From Kofleriaceae bacterium (GTDB taxonomy: Bacteria; Myxococcota_A; Polyangia; Haliangiales; Haliangiaceae), in contig JBFWXW010000048.1 of the NCBI GenBank assembly GCA_050187075.1, positions 32,550 through 56,549 on the forward strand: DNA of 24,000 bases. The letters are read 5' to 3'. The notes below the pieces were generated by a model, which was not told the DNA's origin, did not search any database, and was given only the letters and a program-made list of their open reading frames with translations. Shown here piece after piece: positions 10,066 to 17,390 of the stretch; position 1 is the first letter of the stretch, and the number at the start of each line of letters is the position of its first letter. The translations under genes and the position numbers were made by a program.

Positions 10066-10691
10066 GGAGTCGTCGTCGGATCAGGTGTCGGGGTCGGAGC
10101 GGCCGAACCGGCGGCCGGATCGGGTGCAGGCGCCTGGTCGACCGGAGCCGCCGGTGCGGCTTCGGCCGACGGCGACGGCGACGGCGACGACGGCATCCCC
10201 GCCGCCGTCTTCACCTCGTACGGCTTGAGCGCGCTGTAGATGTCGTACTGCAGCTGTTCGGCTTGTCCGGTGGCCCATCCTGGAACGCTCGGATCATCGG
10301 GGGCGAGCCGATCGGGATTGGGGCGGCCCTTGATATTCCGCACCATGTCCGGGGTGACCTCGACGATCCACGAGTCGCCGTCGGCGAGCATGCGGACGAT
10401 CAGCGCGACGCGAATGCTGCGATCCGGGACGAGCTCGATGTTGTCGTCGGCGCCCTGCGGAATCACGCCGCCATCCTCGGAGTACCATTTGCCCTTGGTC
10501 CTCACGCCCAGGGCGGTCTCGTCCGCGACGTCGAGCTTGTACTTGGCCTCGGTGGCGCTCTTGATCGCATTGAACATTGCGAGCTTGTCGCCGTGGTACC
10601 GAGCCTGCTTGGCCATCGCGACGTCCTTCCCCGAGGGACCACATGCCGCGATCAGCGCAACCATCGTGATTGTGAGCGAGAGGTTTCGCAT
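10062..10691 (-). CDS. Hypothetical lipoprotein with a Pro/Ala/Ser/Thr-rich C-terminal tail
   Basis: ATG at 10691 within track ORF 10062..10844. Lipoprotein signal MRNLSLTITMVALIAAC. The C-terminus is [42 protein letters not shown]. Its TGA stop (10064-10062) overlaps the GTG start of the Nudix gene (GTGA). Confidence 0.75.
   Translation of the reverse strand: MRNLSLTITMVALIAACGPSGKDVAMAKQARYHGDKLAMFNAIKSATEAKYKLDVADETALGVRTKGKWYSEDGGVIPQGADDNIELVPDRSIRVALIVRMLADGDSWIVEVTPDMVRNIKGRPNPDRLAPDDPSVPGWATGQAEQLQYDIYSALKPYEVKTAAGMPSSPSPSPSAEAAPAAPVDQAPAPDPAAGSAAPTPTPDPTTTP
10165..10188. repeat. Hexanucleotide tandem repeat: gccgac followed by three perfect ggcgac units
   Basis: Read directly at 10165-10188. 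It encodes the SPSPSPS stretch of the lipoprotein tail on the minus strand. Confidence 0.6.
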
Positions 10692-10791
10692 GCGGGGTTG
10701 GTAACATTCGCGACGCCTGGACGCCAAGGTTCCCGACGGCGATTGCGCCTCATCTCGCGGGCCGAGGTCACCAGTGGTATGCAGCGGTGCC

Positions 10792-11616
10792 ATGGCCGAG
10801 CTGACCGGAAAGCGTGCACTGATCACCGGCGGTTCGAGCGGCATCGGTGCGGCGCTCGCGCGGTTGCTCGCGGCCGATGGGGTTCACCTCGTGCTGACGG
10901 CTCGCCGTCGCGCGGCGCTCGACGCGGTCGCGGCAGAATGTCGATCGCGCGGGGTTCGCGTCGACGTGATCGTCGCCGACCTCGGGCGCAGCGGCGCCGC
11001 CGCGGCGGTGTGGACGGAGGCCTGTGCAGGCGGCGCGATCGACATCTGCATCAACAACGCGGGGTTCGGGTATTTTCGTCCGTTCACCGAGGCCGACTGG
11101 GCGCGTGACTCCGAGATGCTTCAGCTCAACATCACGTCGCTCGTCGAGCTCTCGCGCCAGTTCGTGGCGGCGCGCGCGCCCCACAGCGAACGCAGCTATC
11201 TGATGAACATCGCCTCGCTCGCGGCCTTTCAAGCGGTGCCCAACATGGCGGTCTACGCCGCGACGAAGGCGTTCGTGCTTCACTTCACCGAGGCGCTCCA
11301 TCACGAGCTTCGTGGCACGCCGGTGTCCGCGACCTGTGTCTGCCCCGGCGGCACGGTGACCGAGTTTCACGCACAGGCCGGAGCCGGCAACTATGGCTGG
11401 CTCGCCAACGCCTCGATGCTCAGCGCCCACCGCTGCGCCAAGCTCGCGCTCGCTGCGATGCGGCGAGGCAAGCCGTTCGTGGTCACCGGCCTGCTCAACC
11501 GCATTTCCGCCTTCGGCGTGCGGTTGATCCCTCGCTGGTTTGCGTCGTTCATGGCACGCCGGGTGATGGGCAAACCGCGCCCGGGCCAGTTACCTTCGCG
11601 GAGCATCGCAGCATGA
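10792..11616 (+). CDS. Short-chain dehydrogenase/reductase (classical SDR)
   Basis: ATG at 10792 within track ORF 10774..11616. It has the TGGSSGIG cofactor motif, NNAG, and the catalytic S...YAATK (YxxxK). Confidence 0.9.
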   Translation: MAELTGKRALITGGSSGIGAALARLLAADGVHLVLTARRRAALDAVAAECRSRGVRVDVIVADLGRSGAAAAVWTEACAGGAIDICINNAGFGYFRPFTEADWARDSEMLQLNITSLVELSRQFVAARAPHSERSYLMNIASLAAFQAVPNMAVYAATKAFVLHFTEALHHELRGTPVSATCVCPGGTVTEFHAQAGAGNYGWLANASMLSAHRCAKLALAAMRRGKPFVVTGLLNRISAFGVRLIPRWFASFMARRVMGKPRPGQLPSRSIAA

Positions 11617-12650
11617 CCGAGCCTGATAATCATCGCCACTGGGACGACGCTTCGCGCGGCGTCTACGAAGTCTGGTACACGACGTGGAATCATCCCGGCA
11701 CCGACCAGGGCTACTGGCTTCGGTTCATCACCGAAGCACCCTTTCCCGGCTCCGGCGGATCTCCTCCGTACGGCGAAGCACCGCGCGCGGAGCTTTGGTT
11801 CGCGCGGTTCGATCCGCGCCATCCCGACCGCACGTTCGGGATCCACAAGCGGTTCCGGAGCGAGCTGCTGACCACCTCCAATTCCCCGTTCACGATCCGG
11901 ATCTCGGGCTGCGAGCTCGGACACGCTCACAGCTTCGGCGAGCTGTCGGGCGGCGGCCACGACGTTCGATGGGATCTGCACTGGGAACCCGCCGCACGTA
12001 CGCTGCACCAGCTTCCCGATGCGATGTATGCCAACGGCGGCCTCGGCGAGACCACGGTGCAATCGCCCAATCCACGCGTCCCGATCTCGGGGACGCTGTT
12101 GATCGACGGCGAAGAGCTCACGTTCGATCGCGCGATTGCCGGCCAGACTCATCTGTGGGGCAAGAAGCACGCGTACTCGTGGACGTGGGGGCGCTGCGCC
12201 GAGCTGGCCGGCTCCTCCGACGGTTTGCTCGAGCTGCTCGGCGTCAAGCTCCAGCGCGGCGGCGTGACCTCGCCACCCATGACGCTGATCTCGCTGGATC
12301 TCGATGGCGAGCGCCATCGCATGAACCAGTTCCGCCACCTCGCGACCAATCGGTCGTCGTGGACCACGGCCCGCGTGACGTTCTCGGCCTGGTCCCCCTC
12401 GGTGAAGATCGAAGGCGAGCTGACGTGCGAACCGCACGACATGGTCAACGCGCCGTACCTCGATCCCGATGGCACGGCCGTGCACTGCGCCAACACCGAG
12501 ATCGGCGATGCGCGGATCAAGGTGTGGAAGCGGAGCGGGCTGCGCTGGCGCGAGCACAAGACGCTCGAGGGTCGCAAGCGCGCACACTTCGAGATTGGCG
12601 GGCGCGAGCGCGACGAGCACGTGACGCGTCCGCACGTCCTGGTCTCGTGA
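11613..12650 (+). CDS. Hypothetical protein, possibly AttH/CrtC/tocopherol-cyclase-like superfamily (weak)
   Basis: Its ATG overlaps the SDR stop (ATGA at 11613-11616). The N-terminal YEVWYTTWNHPGTDQGYWLRF recalls the E-x-W-Y motif of AttH/CrtC/tocopherol cyclase proteins. The frame has coding-like GC3. The function call is low confidence; the CDS call is solid. Confidence 0.7.
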   Translation: MTEPDNHRHWDDASRGVYEVWYTTWNHPGTDQGYWLRFITEAPFPGSGGSPPYGEAPRAELWFARFDPRHPDRTFGIHKRFRSELLTTSNSPFTIRISGCELGHAHSFGELSGGGHDVRWDLHWEPAARTLHQLPDAMYANGGLGETTVQSPNPRVPISGTLLIDGEELTFDRAIAGQTHLWGKKHAYSWTWGRCAELAGSSDGLLELLGVKLQRGGVTSPPMTLISLDLDGERHRMNQFRHLATNRSSWTTARVTFSAWSPSVKIEGELTCEPHDMVNAPYLDPDGTAVHCANTEIGDARIKVWKRSGLRWREHKTLEGRKRAHFEIGGRERDEHVTRPHVLVS

Positions 12651-12651
12651 C

Positions 12652-12685
12652 CGGACCCGCGTGGTTGACGATCGCGGCGGGTCCG
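12652..12685 (+). terminator. GC-rich hairpin immediately after the stop of the AttH-like gene, no T-tract
   Basis: CGGACCCGC (12652-12660) pairs perfectly with GCGGGTCCG (12677-12685) around a 16-nt loop. It begins 2 nt after the TGA stop at 12648-12650. Confidence 0.3.
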
Positions 12686-12726
12686 CTGGATCCCCGGCGA
12701 CGCTCGCGTGGTAGTGTCCGCCCGCG

Positions 12727-13842
12727 ATGGAGCGCAAGAAGACCCCGCTGTGGAATGTTCACAAGCAGCTCGGCGCACGGCTGATCGACTTCGGCGGTTG
12801 GGACATGCCGGTGCAGTACGCGGCCGGCACGATCAAGGAGCATCGCGCGGTTCGCGATGCGGTGGGGTTGTTCGATGTCTCGCACATGGGCGAGGTCTAT
12901 CTGCGCGGCGCCAACGCGCGCGCCGTGGTGGACCGGCTGACGACCAACAACGTCGCCGGCGCTGCGCCCGGCAAGGCGGTGTACACGCTGCTGTGTCGCC
13001 CCAGCGGAGGCGTCGTCGACGACTGCATCTTCTACAAGCGCTCCGATACCGAGTTCTTCGTGATCGTCAACGCGTCGAATACCGGCAAGGACCTGGACTG
13101 GTTCCGCGAGCACGTCCAGGGTGGCTGCGACGTGGTCGATGTCTCGGACGAGACCGCGTTGATCGCGGTGCAAGGCCCGCGTGCCGTCGCGCTGGTCGAT
13201 GGTCTCGCCGGTGGCGCCCTGGCCAACTTGCCGAGCTTCTCGTTCACCGATGCCACCGTCGCCGGCGTGCGCTGCATCGCCGCGCGCACCGGATACACCG
13301 GCGAGGACGGGTTCGAGCTCGCATGCGATAACGCCGACGCGGAGCGGCTGTGGCTCGCGCTGCTCGAAGTCGCCAAGCCCCTGGGCGGGCTACCCATCGG
13401 GCTGGGCGCGCGCGATACGCTGCGGCTCGAAGCCAAGCTTCCGCTCTACGGCAACGATCTCGACGACGATCACACGCCGCTCGAAGCCGGGCTCGGCTGG
13501 GCCGTCAAGCTCGATGGCCGCGAGTTTCTCGGCGCACCGGCGCTGCGCGAGCAGAAGCAGCGCGGCCTGCTCCGCCAGCTCGTGGGGTTCAAGATCGATG
13601 ACAGCCAGCGCGCGATCGCCCGCCATGGCTATGGCGTCGTCGATCGGTCGCGCGGTCAGGGCGAGGCCGCGGTGGTCGGTACGGTGACCAGCGGTGGCCC
13701 CGGCATCATCGTCGGTGGCGCGATCGGCCTCGCGTATGTCCCGAGCTCGATGGCAGCGGCCGGAACCAACCTCGTGATCGATTGCCGCGGTAAAGATGTT
13801 CCCGCAACCGTGGTCTCCGGCAAGTTCTACAAGCGGAGTTAG
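12727..13842 (+). CDS. gcvT: Glycine cleavage system T protein (aminomethyltransferase)
   Basis: [31 protein letters not shown]...[10 protein letters not shown]..., [13 protein letters not shown] and [20 protein letters not shown] are all characteristic of GcvT. Confidence 0.93.
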   Translation: MERKKTPLWNVHKQLGARLIDFGGWDMPVQYAAGTIKEHRAVRDAVGLFDVSHMGEVYLRGANARAVVDRLTTNNVAGAAPGKAVYTLLCRPSGGVVDDCIFYKRSDTEFFVIVNASNTGKDLDWFREHVQGGCDVVDVSDETALIAVQGPRAVALVDGLAGGALANLPSFSFTDATVAGVRCIAARTGYTGEDGFELACDNADAERLWLALLEVAKPLGGLPIGLGARDTLRLEAKLPLYGNDLDDDHTPLEAGLGWAVKLDGREFLGAPALREQKQRGLLRQLVGFKIDDSQRAIARHGYGVVDRSRGQGEAAVVGTVTSGGPGIIVGGAIGLAYVPSSMAAAGTNLVIDCRGKDVPATVVSGKFYKRS

Positions 13843-13848
13843 CTAGTC

Positions 13849-14235
13849 ATGTCCAACTTCCCCCCCGATCTTCGCTACACCCACGATCATGAATGGCTGC
13901 GCTCCGCGGGCTCGTCATGGCGCGTGGGCATCACCCAGTTCGCCGTCGATCAGCTCGGCGACATCACGCTGGTCGACCTTCCCAGGGACGGCGACCTGGT
14001 GACCAAGGGCCAGCGCTTCGGTACCGTCGAGAGCGTCAAGAGCGTCTCGGATCTCTACGCGCCGGTGTCCGGCAAGGTCACCGCGATCAACACCGCCCTC
14101 AAGGACTCGCCCGAGCTGGTCAACAGCGAGCCCTACGGCAACGGCTGGATGATCGAGATCGAGCCGACCGAAAAATCCGAGGTCGATGAGCTGCTCACGC
14201 CCGACGCGTACGGCAAGCACGTCGCCGCGCAGTAG
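13849..14235 (+). CDS. gcvH: Glycine cleavage system H protein (lipoyl carrier)
   Basis: 128 aa. YTHDHEWL, ITQFAVDQLGDITLVDLP, the lipoyl-lysine motif VESVKSVSDLYAPVSG, and PYGNGWMIEIE. A GGAG sits 10 nt upstream of the ATG. Confidence 0.93.
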   Translation: MSNFPPDLRYTHDHEWLRSAGSSWRVGITQFAVDQLGDITLVDLPRDGDLVTKGQRFGTVESVKSVSDLYAPVSGKVTAINTALKDSPELVNSEPYGNGWMIEIEPTEKSEVDELLTPDAYGKHVAAQ

Positions 14236-14261
14236 CATCGAAGCTGATCACAGCGATGCTA
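14233..14261. terminator. Hairpin at the convergent gcvH/mgtE junction; candidate bidirectional terminator
   Basis: TAGCATCG (14233-14240, includes the gcvH TAG stop) pairs perfectly with CGATGCTA (14254-14261). The mgtE stop codon (14248-14250) sits in the 13-nt loop. No T-tract on either side. Confidence 0.35.
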
Positions 14262-15555
14262 GGGCGAGCGTCGCGAGCCCCAGGAACACCGAGAACGCGA
14301 CCACGTCGGTGACGGCGGTGAGGAAGATCGATGCCGACTGTGCGGGATCTTGACCGAACCGCTGCAACACGATCGGGATCGACGCACCGGCGAAGTTCGC
14401 CGCCGACATCGCGATCACCATGCTGATCGCGATCACGCCAGCGAGCGTCACCGACCGACTCCACAACAGGACTCCGAGCCCGGCGCTGATCGAGATCGCT
14501 GCGCCGTTGATGAACCCAACCGAGGCCTCCTTGGTCGCGAGCCGGCGCCAGTGGCGACCGCGAAGCTCGCGCAGCGCGAGCCCGCGCATCGTGACGGCCA
14601 TCGCCTGTGCACCGCTGTTGCCCGATTGTCCGGCGACCACGGGGAGCAGCACGGCAAGGGCGCTCACCTTGGCGATCGTCGATTCGAACACGCCGACCAC
14701 GGAGGCTGCGATGAAGGCGGTCAACAGGTTCACGTGCAGCCACGGCAGCCGCTTCTTCACCGCAAATCCGACCGGCGACAGCGCCTTCTCGTCGACGCTC
14801 ACGCCGACCATGCGCTGGACATCGAGCGCGGCCTCGGCCTCGGCGGCGCTCACCAGCGCCGCATGACGCAGCACGCCGAGTAGCCGCCGGTCCGGGTCGA
14901 TCACCGCGATGCTCGGCAGGCCGGTGCGCGTCAGGTACTCGACGAGCTCCTCGCGGGTCGCCATCGCGCTGACCGCACCCGGCGTACGATCCGTCAGCGT
15001 CTCGACCGGGGTGTCGGGGGCAGCGAGCGCGAGCCGGTACAGCTCCACGGCCCCGACAAGGCGATGCTCGTCATCGACGACGAACACCTGATGCAGCCCG
15101 CTCGGCGCGTCCCGTAGCCGTTGCAGCATCGCACCCGACGTGTCGCTCTCCCGCGCGGCGAACACGCGGTTATCCATGAGCGCACCCGCGGTGTTTGGCG
15201 GGTAGCTCAGCAGCTCCCGGAGCTCGCGGGCGATCGGCTCGGCTACCAGGCCAAGCACGCGAGCCACCTCGTCTGCGTCGAGCCAGCCGAGCATCGCCGC
15301 GGCGCGTGGCGCGGAGAGCACCGAGACCACGCCGGAGATCTGCGAGGCGCCGAGCCTTGGCAGGACGCGCGCTGCATGCTCCGGAAGCATGCGCTCGAGC
15401 ACGCGGGCCACCGCGTTTGACGGTCGACCATCGAGCAGCGCCCCGACCTCGGCCGGGTCGGAGCGCTCGAGCGCCACCGCCGAGCTCTGCGGGTGCCCGG
15501 CGATCGCGAGCTCGGCGAGCGCCAGGCGAACGGAGTCGGCCTGCTGCGCGATCAT
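14248..15555 (-). CDS. mgtE: Magnesium transporter MgtE (full length: MgtE_N, CBS pair, 5-TM domain)
   Basis: ATG at 15555 within track ORF 14248..15654. The start overlaps the upstream gene's stop (ATGA). The TM-domain signature LLPVVAGQSGNSGAQAMAVTMRGLALRE, a CBS pair and an N-terminal helical MgtE_N region are all present. Confidence 0.9.
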   Translation of the reverse strand: MIAQQADSVRLALAELAIAGHPQSSAVALERSDPAEVGALLDGRPSNAVARVLERMLPEHAARVLPRLGASQISGVVSVLSAPRAAAMLGWLDADEVARVLGLVAEPIARELRELLSYPPNTAGALMDNRVFAARESDTSGAMLQRLRDAPSGLHQVFVVDDEHRLVGAVELYRLALAAPDTPVETLTDRTPGAVSAMATREELVEYLTRTGLPSIAVIDPDRRLLGVLRHAALVSAAEAEAALDVQRMVGVSVDEKALSPVGFAVKKRLPWLHVNLLTAFIAASVVGVFESTIAKVSALAVLLPVVAGQSGNSGAQAMAVTMRGLALRELRGRHWRRLATKEASVGFINGAAISISAGLGVLLWSRSVTLAGVIAISMVIAMSAANFAGASIPIVLQRFGQDPAQSASIFLTAVTDVVAFSVFLGLATLALASL

Positions 15556-16466
15556 CGACCAGCTTCCGGCGATCGATCGGCCGCCCGCGTGCTCGCGGTG
15601 GCCAATGCCATGGTCGCCACACCCTCGGTGATGCCGGCAAGGCCGGCCCAGCACAGCTCGGCGAACGACAGCGTCAGCGACATCGGCGATGTGGTGTGGG
15701 CGGCGCTCAGCCGCTGCTGCGTGGCGCGCATGTCGTCGTCCCGGATGACCCCGAGCAGGCGGTCATCGCGGTCGACCACGGGAAGCGACCTGAAGCGCTG
15801 CCAGCCGGGATGCGCGAGCACGGCAACTTCGGGTTCGGCGGCGGAGATCCGGACCACCGGCGTGCGCATGAGCTGATCGATCCGCGCCTCGGGGGCCGCG
15901 GCGAGCAGATCGACCACGCGGGTCACCCCGACCAGCCGCCCGGTTCGTTCCACGACATAGACATAGTGCTTGAACCGGTCCGGCTGGGCGCGGATCGTGT
16001 CCAGGGTTGCCGACGCCGTCGCATCACCGAGCACGGATGCCGGGTGTGGATCCATCAGGGTCGCAGCGCTATGTGCCGGATGTGCGAGCAAGGTCCGGAC
16101 GGCCGCGGCGAGCTCCCGTGGCAAGGCCGCGAGCACCGCTTGCGTGGTCCCGGCGGACGCCGCACGCAGCAGCTTCGCCACCGCGGTGGACGGGAGCGCG
16201 GACAGGATCGCCGCCGCATCGCCGGCGTGGAGCGCCTGGACTCGTTCGATCGTCGCGGCCGCGATCGCCGCCTCCATGCGTGCGAGCAGATCGGCGCACC
16301 GCGCAATATCGAGCGCGTCATCGTCTCCGTTGCGATGACGCTGCTGGAGCTCGTGCAGCCACGCCGCCGTCGCCCCGGGCTCCAGCCGCTCGAGCGTTCG
16401 CGCCGCGCCATCGGGATCGATCGCGATCAGGCCCTCGATGAGACCGTCGACTGCCGCGCGCGTCAC
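15552..16466 (-). CDS. Soluble MgtE-like protein: MgtE_N domain plus CBS pair, no transmembrane domain
   Basis: GTG at 16466 within track ORF 15552..16970; it overlaps the upstream MscS-like stop (GTGA). The segment LLARMEAAIAAATIERVQALHAGDAAAILSALPSTAVAKLL.. is MgtE_N-like. Two CBS motifs follow (YVYVVERTGRLVGVTRVVDLL; SLPVVDRDDRLLGVIRDDDM). The protein ends about 50 aa later, where the MgtE TM domain would begin. Confidence 0.72.
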   Translation of the reverse strand: MTRAAVDGLIEGLIAIDPDGAARTLERLEPGATAAWLHELQQRHRNGDDDALDIARCADLLARMEAAIAAATIERVQALHAGDAAAILSALPSTAVAKLLRAASAGTTQAVLAALPRELAAAVRTLLAHPAHSAATLMDPHPASVLGDATASATLDTIRAQPDRFKHYVYVVERTGRLVGVTRVVDLLAAAPEARIDQLMRTPVVRISAAEPEVAVLAHPGWQRFRSLPVVDRDDRLLGVIRDDDMRATQQRLSAAHTTSPMSLTLSFAELCWAGLAGITEGVATMALATASTRAADRSPEAGR

Positions 16467-17293
16467 GGCACCTGCTCGCCAGATAACAGCAGCGATGGCT
16501 TCTCGCTGAACGTCCGCGCGGGGATCGAGACCCGGCCCTCGGGGGTTTGCAGCACGACCGCGGTCGGTTCGATCGCGACGATCGATCCCTCGAACCCATC
16601 GATCCGGATCCGATGACCGACGCGATAGCTGCGGGTCAGGTAGTGCGCCGCGACCAGATTGGTCACCGCGTGCCGTGCGCCGAGGCCGAACGCGAGCGCG
16701 ATGCCACCGAGGACCGCGCCCACGATGATCGCGCCGAGCACGATGAGGAACGTGACCTGGATCCCGAGCTCGTCGATCGCGATCACCGCCGCGATCACGA
16801 TAACGAAGATGTGAACGGACTGAGCCAACGTGCGCGCATAGCGAACGCCTGCGGAGGCCGCGGCGGACAGCACGAGGATCCGCGCGACGTGACCCGCGAG
16901 CACACCGAGCAACAGCACCGCGATCGCCGCGAGCACGCGCGGCAAGTAGGTTGCGAATCCTGCCAGCCACGTCGAGACCACCGGAATCCCGACCGCCGTC
17001 GTCGCGACCGCGAGAAACACCGTGAATGCCAGCCAGAACACGATCCGGCTGGTGACCGACACCACCACCGATTCAGCTTCGGCATGCTCGATCGGCATCG
17101 CGACGCCCCGCCGATGCGACATTCGCTCGACGACGCCTACCAGCCGGTTGCTCCATCTCCGCAACAGCCGCGTCGCGATCTCTCGAAACGCGATGGCCAC
17201 CAGATAGCCCAGCAGGATCACCGCCACGCCGAGCGCGACCGCCGGGACGTGATCCTCCGTCCATGCGAGAGCCCTCTCGAGTTGATCGATCAT
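16463..17293 (-). CDS. MscS-like small mechanosensitive channel family protein (TM-helix repeats plus a beta-domain fragment)
   Basis: Track ORF 16463..17320 has a GTG start at 17320. I prefer the ATG at 17293 (MIDQLERALAW), but either is possible. It has several hydrophobic helices and the C-terminal segment YRVGHRIRIDGFEGSIVAIEPTAVVLQTPEGRVSIPARTF, which resembles the MscS Sm-like beta domain. Confidence 0.72.
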   Translation of the reverse strand: MIDQLERALAWTEDHVPAVALGVAVILLGYLVAIAFREIATRLLRRWSNRLVGVVERMSHRRGVAMPIEHAEAESVVVSVTSRIVFWLAFTVFLAVATTAVGIPVVSTWLAGFATYLPRVLAAIAVLLLGVLAGHVARILVLSAAASAGVRYARTLAQSVHIFVIVIAAVIAIDELGIQVTFLIVLGAIIVGAVLGGIALAFGLGARHAVTNLVAAHYLTRSYRVGHRIRIDGFEGSIVAIEPTAVVLQTPEGRVSIPARTFSEKPSLLLSGEQVP

Positions 17294-17390
17294 CCAGGTC
17301 ACCCGTCGCAGTTGTGCCACAGCCGGTCGCAGCAGCGACGGCCCGAGCCCGAGAAACGTGCGGGACCTGCCGCGTGAGCGCTCCCGCTCG

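Noticed and set aside
9471-11108. 545-aa plus-strand ORF extremely rich in Arg
   Set aside because: It is antisense to the Nudix and lipoprotein genes and overlaps the SDR start. The composition, with poly-R runs, is typical of an antisense frame of GC-rich coding DNA.
11391-12737. 448-aa minus-strand ORF, and similarly 15195..16616 (+), 2975..4450 (+), 2607..3422 (-), 4760..5524 (-)
   Set aside because: All overlap better-supported genes on the other strand or in another frame, and none has a recognisable motif.
17305-17320. Perfect TGGCAC on the minus strand at the GTG start of the MscS-like ORF (gTGGCACaactgCGAC)
   Set aside because: There is no GC dinucleotide at the required GG-N10-GC spacing; TGC lies 3 nt too close. 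The motif also overlaps the candidate start codon itself.
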